Source of the DNA: a virus
Taxonomy: Duplodnaviria > Caudoviricetes
Reading direction: 5' to 3' (one strand)
IMG/VR virus record: IMGVR_UViG_3300028925_005152
Location: 126 to 64,125 of that record
Length of the DNA: 64,000 bases
Positions 9,374-19,058 of this stretch are shown piece by piece; the first letter of the stretch is position 1, and each line of letters starts with the position of its first letter. The notes under the pieces are model-generated. The model worked only from the letters and a program-made list of their open reading frames with translations, searched no databases and was not told where the DNA came from. A program made the translations under genes and the position numbers.

Positions 9374-10039
9374 TTATTTTCGTTTTTTCTTGGCAAGTTC
9401 ATTAGAAATCCATTGTTTTCCTACAGGATTTGACACTTTTGCCATTGCAAGTGACTTAATTTGCTTGTAAACAGGGGTCATTACATCTTCTTCTGTATCA
9501 TTATTGTCAACAACTACGAAATTGCGTTTAAAATATTGACTAAATTTACCAATATTAGACTGCACCTCTCTCCAAGACTTAATGACCATAGACTCTGGTA
9601 CACTACGAGCTCGTGCTTTGTTTCTTGCAAGTGCAGTATCCAGAGAAGTATTGACATAAATCATATGTACATCGTAACCAAGTTGTTTTAACTTTGTGGC
9701 TTCATCTGAAATCTTTGCAAAGTTTTTCCCTGTTCCATCAATAATTAAACCAAGTCTACCGTTTACATAATTTTTACCTTGAATTCCAGTAATTTTTTTT
9801 GCTTTGATACGAACATCGTCACGAGCATCGGATTCTTTATCAGGCATTTTTAAAGACAATTGAGCATCTTTCAAAAATTTCTCAAATGCAGGATCAGAGT
9901 TGACAGTCTTCAGACCTAGACCGCCAGTAGTTTGTCTTACAACATAAGACTTACCACTGCCCGGCCCACCGGCAAGAAAGAATGCTTTTAAAATATTAGG
10001 GTCATAGACACCCTCTTGCAATTCGTTAAATGAAATCAT
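9374..10039 (-). CDS. P-loop kinase (zeta-toxin/AAA_33-like) with capsid-targeting-like leader
   Basis: GGPGSGKS Walker A, IIDGT, ALARNKARAR lid; N-terminus MISFNELQE. Confidence 0.8.
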   Translation of the reverse strand: MISFNELQEGVYDPNILKAFFLAGGPGSGKSYVVRQTTGGLGLKTVNSDPAFEKFLKDAQLSLKMPDKESDARDDVRIKAKKITGIQGKNYVNGRLGLIIDGTGKNFAKISDEATKLKQLGYDVHMIYVNTSLDTALARNKARARSVPESMVIKSWREVQSNIGKFSQYFKRNFVVVDNNDTEEDVMTPVYKQIKSLAMAKVSNPVGKQWISNELAKKKRK

Positions 10040-10280
10040 CTTTTTCCTTAAATATAACTTAGGCGTACTGCGTTCGCCTCTTTGGTGGTTCTGTTGGTTT
10101 TAATTTTTCTATAGTACTCAATAAATATTTATCCGTTTCTGAAATTAGTTCAATTCTCCTATCTCTATTTACAAAGTTTAATTTACGCAATTTTGATTTA
10201 GATTTTTTCTGAGCCATTAAGGCCTCCTAATTAGATTTGGTTAAACATAACATATTTTATATGACTATAGACATCTCCTT

Positions 10281-11678
10281 TTAGTATGTAAGTTCTCTTA
10301 TTATACCTTCTTTGCCAAGAGGTTCTCCAGATTCCGAGCTTGGAGAATAACCTATTGAAAATGAATCTTTTGCTGCTGTTAAATAAATTTCGTGTTTTTT
10401 AGTTGTTTGGTCAAAACTGTGTCTTAATGTAGTAATTAAATAAATACCAGTAAATTGTGGATCGTTTTTGTTTTTATGTGTTTTACCAACTGTTGGAACT
10501 ACAATGTTTATCATATCCCCTGCAGCAATTGTAGTGTTACCTGTTATTTTTAAACTAACACTCACACCAGCTCTCAATTCCATAAATTTTGCTTGTCTTT
10601 TTAATATTGATTCGTTAATTTTATCTGGTGTATAACGATATGATAAAGTTTCATTTGTGTGTTGTGTGTCATATACACCATCTGTATTTACTGGATGCAA
10701 ATGTATTCTTGAATCAGAAAAATCTCCTATAGTATTTCCTAAAGCATCAATTGAACTTGTTCCAAAAACTGGATTAGACTGTTCACCCTCAAGTCTAGGA
10801 AACTCGTTAAAATTATCAAAATGTTTGTATTCTTTAGACGAGTAAGTCTTATTATATATATTATATTCAATAGTTTTAGAACCCAACATTCCACCTTGAA
10901 TGTTAGCTAACATATCATTATTTGAATTTACTTGAAAGTCTATTATTCTTAACATTTCTGTAAGTATTGATGCTTTTTTGCTTCCTTTCTCTAAGGGGCC
11001 TAGATCACTAGCAGAGTATGGGCCATGACTTGTACCTGTCATCATATGTTCTATAGTTTTAAAGTGAATGCCTTTAGTATTTTCAAAAAACATAAAATGA
11101 GGAGAGTTATATTCTTTTGATATAGCTTCAGTTGCAAGAGTAGTTATAAATTTAAAAGGATGAACATTTGGTGAAACAACTTTTCTGATACCCTGAGTTG
11201 GTTCAACAAACACATTTTTGTTGGTGTTGATGTATCGTTCGTCCTTTAATACATTAACAACAATATTACTAATATCGTCTGTGTAACTTTTTGACACTCT
11301 GGTACGTTTATCTTTTAGTGCTTCTGGTGTAGTAAAACTAAGATTTATAACTTGAGCATTAGAAGAAGCTTTGAACTTAGCAACTACTTTGTAAATACAA
11401 AATGTACTGTCAGTAAAGTCAATTTCTTGACCTTCTAAATTTGGTGTTGAAAGTTTCAATGACATAAATTCTTGACCAATGATTGGGCCATTAGCCGCGA
11501 TGTTATGAACATCTAAAATGGTGATAGAACCAGATAGTGAAGTTGAAAATATACTTTCATATATGTCAATAGCTTGAACTGAGTTTTTTAAATCTAGAAC
11601 ACTACCAGAACTAGTTTTTATTAACAATTCTTTTACTTCATATTTTCCAGCATAATTAGTTGATGTGGTAACCGACAT
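10281..11678 (-). CDS. Baseplate hub protein (gp27/late-control-D-like)
   Basis: IYESIF-LSGSITILD, FMFFEN-G-HFK, GIYLITTLRH motifs; next to gp53. Confidence 0.65.
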   Translation of the reverse strand: MSVTTSTNYAGKYEVKELLIKTSSGSVLDLKNSVQAIDIYESIFSTSLSGSITILDVHNIAANGPIIGQEFMSLKLSTPNLEGQEIDFTDSTFCIYKVVAKFKASSNAQVINLSFTTPEALKDKRTRVSKSYTDDISNIVVNVLKDERYINTNKNVFVEPTQGIRKVVSPNVHPFKFITTLATEAISKEYNSPHFMFFENTKGIHFKTIEHMMTGTSHGPYSASDLGPLEKGSKKASILTEMLRIIDFQVNSNNDMLANIQGGMLGSKTIEYNIYNKTYSSKEYKHFDNFNEFPRLEGEQSNPVFGTSSIDALGNTIGDFSDSRIHLHPVNTDGVYDTQHTNETLSYRYTPDKINESILKRQAKFMELRAGVSVSLKITGNTTIAAGDMINIVVPTVGKTHKNKNDPQFTGIYLITTLRHSFDQTTKKHEIYLTAAKDSFSIGYSPSSESGEPLGKEGIIRELTY

Positions 11679-12226
11679 TAGATGGCTGATTCCTTAATTA
11701 AAGCTTCATGTTCTTCTACATATTGTTCTACATATTGTGGGTCTAACAATCTAATCTGTCTAAGTTCATTCTGTGCAGACTGTTCGTATTCTATATTAGT
11801 TATAATGGTTGCATTCGTATAAAAGTCTGAGTCACCAGTATATAATGCAGAGTTTGAATATACATTTATTTTGACACTAGTATCGCCTGATGTCTGTGCC
11901 TGTTCATAGTGGTGTGTACCATTAGGGTCATCATACTTATCATTCACATACTGTAAAAATTGACTAGTCGCCATAGGCCATTGATGATATCTGTCTGTGA
12001 TGTTGTTCACTGACAATATTACCCAATGCAACTCTGGGTCATCATACATTTTATCTGCAAGAGCTTCTGGAGTTTCTCCATCTTTTACATCATAGGTATC
12101 AAACAACAATGCGTTTGCTTTTGCAGTATCACGAATACCAGTTCGTCTAAGAATGTTTGTTACAACTTTAAAGTCACCTTGACCAACTGAATCATATGGA
12201 ATTTTAGGAAATTTATCAAAATACAT
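11678..12226 (-). CDS. 53: Baseplate wedge protein gp53
   Basis: MYFDKFP, DGETPEALA-YDDPELHWVIL-N, TNIEYE-NE-RQI. Confidence 0.9.
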   Translation of the reverse strand: MYFDKFPKIPYDSVGQGDFKVVTNILRRTGIRDTAKANALLFDTYDVKDGETPEALADKMYDDPELHWVILSVNNITDRYHQWPMATSQFLQYVNDKYDDPNGTHHYEQAQTSGDTSVKINVYSNSALYTGDSDFYTNATIITNIEYEQSAQNELRQIRLLDPQYVEQYVEEHEALIKESAI

Positions 12227-12227
12227 A

Positions 12228-13427
12228 TTAGAATCCTTGCTCTGCTTTTTCTCTGGTAACTAAATCTAATTCTTTAAAACTTAAAGTCATTGATGTTTCT
12301 ACTGGAACTGCATCTGCGTGAGTCTTATATTTATCTCCACCATACTTAACATCCATATTTGTAAGTACACAAGTTCCTATTTTATTCAAATTCATATTTT
12401 CCTCACCAAGATGCATATATTGAATGTCAAATGTTGCAGGAGTTGTTAGTTGCATTGAACCCGCACTTTTTATTTCTGGTAACATATACATTTTGAATGT
12501 CTTAACAATATTTTTTGCCATTTCAGCTTCTGCTGCACTTTTTGGCATCATTTTAAATTCGTATGAAAAATCTCTTTTAGGAATACCTTTAAATGCAAGT
12601 TCCATTCTAGGTGCTTTGATAAATCCTCTTTGCATTTCAAAAGCTGCGTTTGAACCAGCAAAGCCGGGAATTAAATCAATTGCTGATGTACCTCCTTTAA
12701 TTATTCCATCCCCTATAGCACCTGTTTGGTCTTTGAGTGCTTCTTTAGCAGAATCCATACTTGCAGTGCCAGCTAGAATTGATTGAATTGCTTCTACTCC
12801 CATTTTTGTACCTGTGCCCATTTCGGTATCTTGATAATCTGCACCATATTTTACATCAACACTTGGAGGCATGTACATACAGATAGATACTGGCATCCTT
12901 ACAGTTGCTTTTCTTTTTATACTAAGAGAATTATCTTTCACTGATGCCTTTTTGGCAGGTTTGATACCTTTTAAATCAGCAAGTCTTGCAGTAGCCCCAT
13001 TCGGATCTCTACGTTGTCTAATATCAGACTTTGTTCTGCTGAAAAAACCATCGGCTCTTTCGGTTTCAGCCATAGCTTGAGCAATTACAGGATCATCGGG
13101 TAAAACTGTCAATCCAGCTTCAAGTTTTTTGCGTGAATCTTGATAATCAAGAACTTCATCTGCTTGTTCGTTAACAAAAAATTGGATATAATGCCCCTGA
13201 TTACCATTAGCACCAGTAGGGCCTTCCAAATCAAGAGGAAATGTTAAATTTTGAGTACTGTATTTACCCCCGACTGCATTAGCAAAATCATTACTAGCAC
13301 CGCCTTTTTTACCACCTCGTATAGTATCTATGGCTGATTTTTTAAGAATACCAACGGCATTTTTAAAGACTCTGCCTGTTTGAGCTTCTGCAGCCCCGCG
13401 AACGGCATTATAGATATTTTTTGCCAT
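12228..13427 (-). CDS. 48: Baseplate tail-tube cap gp48
   Basis: MYMPP-V-Y, P-MELAFKG-RDFSYEFKMMPKS-EA, LSFKEL motifs. Confidence 0.85.
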   Translation of the reverse strand: MAKNIYNAVRGAAEAQTGRVFKNAVGILKKSAIDTIRGGKKGGASNDFANAVGGKYSTQNLTFPLDLEGPTGANGNQGHYIQFFVNEQADEVLDYQDSRKKLEAGLTVLPDDPVIAQAMAETERADGFFSRTKSDIRQRRDPNGATARLADLKGIKPAKKASVKDNSLSIKRKATVRMPVSICMYMPPSVDVKYGADYQDTEMGTGTKMGVEAIQSILAGTASMDSAKEALKDQTGAIGDGIIKGGTSAIDLIPGFAGSNAAFEMQRGFIKAPRMELAFKGIPKRDFSYEFKMMPKSAAEAEMAKNIVKTFKMYMLPEIKSAGSMQLTTPATFDIQYMHLGEENMNLNKIGTCVLTNMDVKYGGDKYKTHADAVPVETSMTLSFKELDLVTREKAEQGF

Positions 13428-13428
13428 G

Positions 13429-13436
13429 TATAAATA
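13429..13436 (+). promoter_or_regulatory. T4-type late promoter
   Basis: TATAAATA upstream of gp4. Confidence 0.75.
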
Positions 13437-13470
13437 CTCCTGTGATTATAACTATTTATAAGATAAGTTA

Positions 13471-13917
13471 ATGGCATACAGTGGTAAATACCATCCAATT
13501 AACCCTAAAAAATATAAGGGTGACCCATCTAAAGTAATATATCGTTCACTTTGGGAACGTAAACTTATGGTGTATTGTGATAAGACCAAATCTGTATTAG
13601 AATGGGGTAGTGAAGAAGTCATTATTCCCTATGTATCGCCATGGGACGGAAAGGTGCATCGTTACTTTCCCGACTTTTATATGAAAGTTAAACAATCAAG
13701 TGGCAAGACCAAAAAGTTTATCATTGAAGTCAAACCAAAGTATCAGTGTAAACCTCCGGTCAAAACACCAAAACGAAAAACCAAAAGGTGGATGAGTGAA
13801 GTTAAGACTTGGGTTATCAATGAGGCAAAGTGGAAATCTGCAAATTTCTTCTGTGAAGCAAATGATATGGAATTTAAGATTTTAACTGAAGACCACCTTA
13901 ACATTAAGTATAAATAG
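13471..13917 (+). CDS. 4: Head completion nuclease gp4
   Basis: YRSLWE, WGSEE, HRYFPDF, IEVKP, NEAKW. Confidence 0.93.
   Translation: MAYSGKYHPINPKKYKGDPSKVIYRSLWERKLMVYCDKTKSVLEWGSEEVIIPYVSPWDGKVHRYFPDFYMKVKQSSGKTKKFIIEVKPKYQCKPPVKTPKRKTKRWMSEVKTWVINEAKWKSANFFCEANDMEFKILTEDHLNIKYK
13909..13916 (+). promoter_or_regulatory. T4-type late promoter
   Basis: TATAAATA just before the gp2 ATG. Confidence 0.75.
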
Positions 13918-13921
13918 TATT

Positions 13922-14479
13922 ATGGCTAAAAGTAAATATATTCAAAGTGTTATAGATGCAACGAAAGGACGACCAAAATCTACTGATTGGTATCGTGAAA
14001 AGATCAAAGAGTTTGGAGAGCCAGGCGCCATGGATTTAATACGAGATGGAAAGCGTAACAATAGACCTTTCTATGGACGATTGAATATGTTCTTCTATGA
14101 CCCAAAATTCAAAAAGAAGTTACCTTACTACGATACATTTCCTTTGGTGTTACCAATAGAAAAATATCCAGATGGGTTTCTAGGTATTAACTTACACTAT
14201 CTGCCTATGAAGTTAAGACTTCAGTTGTTAGATAGATTAGTTGATTATAGTAACAATACTAAGTTTGATGAAAGTACAAGACTTGCAGTTGATTATAGTA
14301 AACTTAAAAAGATACAAATACTTAAACCAACACTTAAACGATATCTTGCTGGACAAGTTAAGTCACAGTTCCGTAGGATAGATGCAGATGAGTTTACAGT
14401 TGCAACACTGTTACCTGTGCAGAGATTTAAGAAAGCATCAGCCTCAGAGGTTTATGCAGACAGTAGGAAAATGATCTAA
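13922..14479 (+). CDS. 2: DNA end protector gp2
   Basis: FFYDPK-K-KLPYYDTFPL, GINLHYLP. Confidence 0.9.
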   Translation: MAKSKYIQSVIDATKGRPKSTDWYREKIKEFGEPGAMDLIRDGKRNNRPFYGRLNMFFYDPKFKKKLPYYDTFPLVLPIEKYPDGFLGINLHYLPMKLRLQLLDRLVDYSNNTKFDESTRLAVDYSKLKKIQILKPTLKRYLAGQVKSQFRRIDADEFTVATLLPVQRFKKASASEVYADSRKMI

Positions 14480-15201
14480 TGGCAGTCAACTTTAAAGGAC
14501 TTCGAGATGCAGTAGCATTTGGTGCATTAAATGAATTTCTTGCAACTTTCAATAGTGGTGATGGTTATTCAAGACCAAACCGCTATGAAGTTGTGATGAA
14601 ACCACCCTCTGGTACTTTGGGAAGTAATCAAGTAAGTTTATTTTCTCAACTTATGGGAGAAAAACACACAAACGACAGTAAAGCTGTTTCTTTAAGATGT
14701 GAAGCAATAGCATTTCCCGGCCGTAACATGGACACCACACCAGATTCAAATCTGTATGGCCCTGAAAGAGAACTTGTAACTGGTTATAGTTTCCCAGACA
14801 TTACTGCTACATTTCAATGTTCTTCTGATATGAGAGAAAAGTTATACTTTGAAACATGGCAAGGACTTACATTTAACCAACAAGACTTTTCTCTGGGTTA
14901 CTATGATGATTATACTGGTGAACTTGATATCGTTGCTTTAGACGAACAAGACAACAGAAGATATGGTGTCAGACTAAGAGAGTGTTTTCCTAAAGCTATT
15001 ACTGAACAACCACTTTCATATGCAAATGGTGCTAGTTATCAAACTGTATCAATTACTTTTGCTTATCGTTTTTGGGAAAATATGGAAGATGAAGCAAATC
15101 CAGTACACAAACCTCTATTAAACAGAGTAGCAGAAAATGCTGTAAGTACTGTATCAAGGTCTATTACTGCAAACTTACCAGCAGTACTACGCCGACTATA
15201 A
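14479..15201 (+). CDS. 54: Tail-tube-like baseplate protein (gp54/gp19 fold)
   Basis: G-SRPNRYEV, LRCE-FPGR, ECFPK, V-ITFAYR-W. Confidence 0.75.
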   Translation: MAVNFKGLRDAVAFGALNEFLATFNSGDGYSRPNRYEVVMKPPSGTLGSNQVSLFSQLMGEKHTNDSKAVSLRCEAIAFPGRNMDTTPDSNLYGPERELVTGYSFPDITATFQCSSDMREKLYFETWQGLTFNQQDFSLGYYDDYTGELDIVALDEQDNRRYGVRLRECFPKAITEQPLSYANGASYQTVSITFAYRFWENMEDEANPVHKPLLNRVAENAVSTVSRSITANLPAVLRRL

Positions 15202-15226
15202 AATTAAAATTTAAGGATGAAAAATT

Positions 15227-15934
15227 ATGGCATTACCAAAACTCAATACCCCAACCTATGAATTGGAATTACCCTCAACAGGTGAGATTTTAAAATACAG
15301 ACCATTTTTAGTAAAAGAACAAAAACTATTACTGATAGCTCAAGAATCTGGTGAAGAAAAACAAATTGCAAACGCAATGGGAGAATTAGTTAACTCATGT
15401 ACCTTTGGTAAAGTTAATGCAAAGTCTGCTCCCATGTTTGATATTGAATATTTATTTTTAAGAATTAGAGGAAAATCTGTTGGAGAAAAGGTCAAATTAA
15501 ATTTGATATGTCCAGACGATGGTAAAACAACAGTTCCATATGAACTAAATCTAGAAGATGTTGAATGTCAAGTACAAGATGACCATTCAAATGAAATTCA
15601 AATTAACGAAGACATTAAGATAGTTTTTAGATACCCACTCCTAAATGATTTGCAAAATGTAAAAGCAAGTGCTGGAGATTCTGAAAAAACATTTCATTTT
15701 TTAGAATGTTGTATTGATTCAATTCACAGCGGTGATGATGTTTTTCAAAGAATAGACATAAAAGATAAGGAAATTTCAGATTTTATTGAACAATTTACAA
15801 ACGAACAGTTTGAAAAGATAACACAGTTTTTTAACACTATGCCCAAATTGCGTCATGTAGTTAAAGTGACTAATCCAAAAACAAAGAAAAAGAATGAGAT
15901 TCTTTTGGAGGGTTTGGAAAGTTTTTTAGGGTAG
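15227..15934 (+). CDS. 26: Baseplate hub subunit gp26
   Basis: MALPK-PTYELELPS, YRPFLVKEQK, DIEYLFL-IR-KSVGE, FF-TMPKL. Confidence 0.92.
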   Translation: MALPKLNTPTYELELPSTGEILKYRPFLVKEQKLLLIAQESGEEKQIANAMGELVNSCTFGKVNAKSAPMFDIEYLFLRIRGKSVGEKVKLNLICPDDGKTTVPYELNLEDVECQVQDDHSNEIQINEDIKIVFRYPLLNDLQNVKASAGDSEKTFHFLECCIDSIHSGDDVFQRIDIKDKEISDFIEQFTNEQFEKITQFFNTMPKLRHVVKVTNPKTKKKNEILLEGLESFLG

Positions 15935-16116
15935 GGCTATCCCACGATAGCCTACATAATTACTATAAAACTAACTTTGCACTGATGCAACACCATAAAT
16001 ATAGTTTAACAGAATTAGATAATATGATGCCGTGGGAAAGAGAAATATACCTTAATTTGTTGATGCAACATATTGAGGAAGAAAACAAGAGAATGAAACA
16101 AGAGCAGAGAGGATAA
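15931..16116 (+). CDS. 51: gp51-like hub assembly chaperone, probably reached by -1 frameshift from gp26
   Basis: Hand-translated VGLSHDSLHNYYKTNFALMQHHKYSLTELDNMMPWEREIYL; first in-frame ATG (15985) lies inside the conserved region. Confidence 0.8.
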   Translation, partial: VGLSHDSLHNYYKTNFALMQHHKYSLTELDNMMPWEREIYLNLLMQHIEEENKRMKQEQRG

Positions 16117-16118
16117 GT

Positions 16119-16442
16119 GTGATGACTAAAGAAGTAAAAAGTCACCATCCAGCAGATACAAATGGGGATGGTAAAGTTTCAGATGAAGAACATGCAATGT
16201 TCCTAGAGTTCAAGAGAAAAGAACTTGAGGATAATGATGCAATGAGAGATGCTCAAAGGCAAATGACATGGTTTGCTTTATTTGGATTGTTACTATATCC
16301 ATTCGCAGTAGTACTTGCATCATTGATAGGATTAGATGAAGCACAAAAAACACTAGGTAGTATGGCTCCAACATATTTTGTTGCTGTTGCTGGTATAGTT
16401 GCTGCGTTCTTTGGAACACAAGCATACGCTAAAAAGAAATAA
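16119..16442 (+). CDS. Small two-TM protein with an EF-hand-like loop
   Basis: DTNGDGKVSDEE followed by two hydrophobic helices. Confidence 0.7.
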   Translation: MMTKEVKSHHPADTNGDGKVSDEEHAMFLEFKRKELEDNDAMRDAQRQMTWFALFGLLLYPFAVVLASLIGLDEAQKTLGSMAPTYFVAVAGIVAAFFGTQAYAKKK

Positions 16443-16453
16443 GGTAAATCTCA

Positions 16454-18106
16454 ATGGCAGAAAAAAACATTCAAGATTTAATTAATGTAATGACGAAGGA
16501 GAATAAAATTTCTGATGCTAAGCAAGCACTTGATTTCCAACTGCTAGTTGAAGAATTAAATGAATTGGAAAAACAAAGTGCTGAATTTAAACCAGTGTTT
16601 ACTAAGGCCGCAAAGCTTGAAAAAGATGCACTAGACATTAAAATACAGGAATCAAAAATAAATCTGGAAAAACTTAATATCGCAAAAACAGCAAAAAGTG
16701 ATGCTGTTACAGCTATAAATGACCAAAAACAAGTGCTTGAAGCCATGAAGGAAAGCATTGAAGCTCAAGGTGGTATTGCTGAAGATAACAAAAAATATCA
16801 AGAGGCATCAAAAGATTTGCAGATACAAGAAATTGATGCTAGATTAAATTCAGGTGGACTTGCGAAAGGCAAAGAAGAAGAACTGAAAAAAGAACGTGAC
16901 CAACTCAACAAAAATAACCTAACTTTACTTGAGAAAATATCAAGCGGTATTATGGGTTTGAAAGAGAACGCAAAAGAAAAACTTAAAGGTGCTGGTAAGG
17001 GTTTTATGGCATTAGTTAAAGGAACACTTTTTGCTGGAGCTTTGATTGCTTTTGGACTTTTCGTACAAAGCCCTATGTTTAAAACTATTATTGATAATTT
17101 AGATAAAATATTAATTGGATTGGGTGTTGTGGTAGGTCTGTTTGCAATATTTAAAATTATAAAGTTTATAGTAGCTATTACAACAGCGCTTAAGGCCATA
17201 AAAGCGTTCTATATTGCTCAACAGATTGCTCTGACAAAGAAATACTTACCTGCTTTGAGTGGGATGGTATCAAGCATGTTGGCTACTGGAAAAACCATGG
17301 CGCGTACAGCAGCACAATTTCTTATGATGAAGATTAAAGCTTTAGTAGCTTTTCTACCTGCTGTGACTGCGATGGCTGCATCCTTTGGAGCCATGATAAT
17401 TCCACTTTTACCGATTATAGCAATTGCAGCTGGAATTGCTGTAGTTATCTTGGCTCTTAAATCTGCATTTACTGATTTTCAAAAGACTCTGGAAGAAACT
17501 GGTAGTGTTGGTGAAGCACTTAAAGTCGGTATAGCTAAATTTATGGGATTTATTCTAGGATTTATACCTGATTTGGTTCTCAAACTAGTCGGTTTTGTTG
17601 CTGGTTTATTTGGATTTGATGACTTTAAAGCAAAAGTTGGAAAACTTGATCCTATTCAATTTATAGCTGATGGTATAAAAAGTCTGTTTGATGCGATAGG
17701 AAACTTCTTCTCTGATATATTTAACTTTGACTACAAAAGTTTTCTGAAGGGAATTCCCGGCGTTGGAAGCTTAATGAGTGTCTTTGGAATGGGCGATGAT
17801 TCTAAAGATCAACCACTTGAAGGAAGGGCAGAAGGTGGCTCAGTTGGAACAGGACAACCATATGTAGTTGGTGAAAGAGGTCAAGAGTTATTTGTTCCTA
17901 ACCAGCCAGGCCAGATAGTTAACGCACAAAGAACCGCAGAAATGATGAAAGGTGGTAGTGGTGGTAATGGTGGTGGTAGTACATCAATTGTTGTGGCTCC
18001 AAACAATGTCACTTCATCTACCAATACAACTAACAATTCATCTACTGTGTCTTATATTGGTAATCCAGACCCAATCTTCCAAAGAGCATCATCTTACGCT
18101 ATATAA
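16454..18106 (+). CDS. Tape-measure/gp29-like tail protein
   Basis: Coiled coil, long amphipathic helices, RAEGG-V-GQPYVVGERGQELFVP motif; follows gp26/51. Confidence 0.75.
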   Translation: MAEKNIQDLINVMTKENKISDAKQALDFQLLVEELNELEKQSAEFKPVFTKAAKLEKDALDIKIQESKINLEKLNIAKTAKSDAVTAINDQKQVLEAMKESIEAQGGIAEDNKKYQEASKDLQIQEIDARLNSGGLAKGKEEELKKERDQLNKNNLTLLEKISSGIMGLKENAKEKLKGAGKGFMALVKGTLFAGALIAFGLFVQSPMFKTIIDNLDKILIGLGVVVGLFAIFKIIKFIVAITTALKAIKAFYIAQQIALTKKYLPALSGMVSSMLATGKTMARTAAQFLMMKIKALVAFLPAVTAMAASFGAMIIPLLPIIAIAAGIAVVILALKSAFTDFQKTLEETGSVGEALKVGIAKFMGFILGFIPDLVLKLVGFVAGLFGFDDFKAKVGKLDPIQFIADGIKSLFDAIGNFFSDIFNFDYKSFLKGIPGVGSLMSVFGMGDDSKDQPLEGRAEGGSVGTGQPYVVGERGQELFVPNQPGQIVNAQRTAEMMKGGSGGNGGGSTSIVVAPNNVTSSTNTTNNSSTVSYIGNPDPIFQRASSYAI

Positions 18107-18137
18107 AAAAAAGAGGTAGGATTTCTCCTACCTCTTA
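18105..18137. terminator. Terminator between convergent genes
   Basis: AAGAGGTAGGA/TCCTACCTCTT stem preceded by an A-run. Confidence 0.8.
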
Positions 18138-18155
18138 ATCTACTACACTTTACCT

Positions 18156-19043
18156 TTATCCAGCAAGTTTTTTAAAGTAATCCATAGTATCATCATCTGA
18201 GGAATCTACTGCACTCGGTGGAGTATTATCCACTGGCTTAGTACTTACCACAGAATCAGCTACAGGTTCGTCTGACATCTTCTCAGCTACATTACCAACA
18301 GTAACAGAACCAGAAAGAACAGCATCAAGACGAGTCTTTAGTTCTTCATAAGACTTGAAGTTGGTTGGAGCAGTATGTTCTGCAAGAGCATATTGTTGTC
18401 CCCATATACCTTCAATCTGAGCATCATTATCAAATAGTGCAGATGGTTTCTCAAACTCAGATGAGTCATAGTTCCAGAACCCAGCAACCTTACGAATCTT
18501 CAGTTTAAAGTTAGCACCTTCCCAAAAATCAAATGGGTTTACTGGTGTTTCATCTTCAAACTCTGGTTGCATTGAAGCCATAATCTTATCAAAGATTTTC
18601 TTACCGTAACGGAACAAGAAGACTTTACCTTCATTCTCTGGGTGTTTGCTGTCAGAAACAACATATATGTTAGAGAAGTATTGCAACTTTCTTTTCTGTT
18701 TACGGGCGATTTCTTTGTCAGATTCAATACCTGTATTCCAATACTGAGAGTTCATTTCAGAAACAGGGTCTTTCTGTCCAACAGTGGTTAAAGAGTTTTC
18801 AATATACCATTGACCTGTAGGGCCTTGAAATGCGTGATTCCAAACCTTTGCCCAAGGCATATCTTCACCTTCAACTGCTGGTAAGAAACGAATTACTGCA
18901 TAACCATTACCAGACTTATCTAGTTCAGGTTTCCACAGTCTGTCATCCTTGTAGGACTTCTTTTCTTGAGGTGCGTTTTGCTTTTGTACTTCGCCAAGTA
19001 ACTTATCTAGAGAATTACTTCTCTTTAGTGCGTCTAGTGACAT
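18156..19043 (-). CDS. 32: ssDNA-binding protein gp32
   Basis: DDRLWKP-DKSGNGYAVIRFLP, YGKKIFDKI, NPFDFWEGANFKLKI, acidic tail. Confidence 0.96.
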   Translation of the reverse strand: MSLDALKRSNSLDKLLGEVQKQNAPQEKKSYKDDRLWKPELDKSGNGYAVIRFLPAVEGEDMPWAKVWNHAFQGPTGQWYIENSLTTVGQKDPVSEMNSQYWNTGIESDKEIARKQKRKLQYFSNIYVVSDSKHPENEGKVFLFRYGKKIFDKIMASMQPEFEDETPVNPFDFWEGANFKLKIRKVAGFWNYDSSEFEKPSALFDNDAQIEGIWGQQYALAEHTAPTNFKSYEELKTRLDAVLSGSVTVGNVAEKMSDEPVADSVVSTKPVDNTPPSAVDSSDDDTMDYFKKLAG

Positions 19044-19058
19044 TTAAGTCTCCTTATG

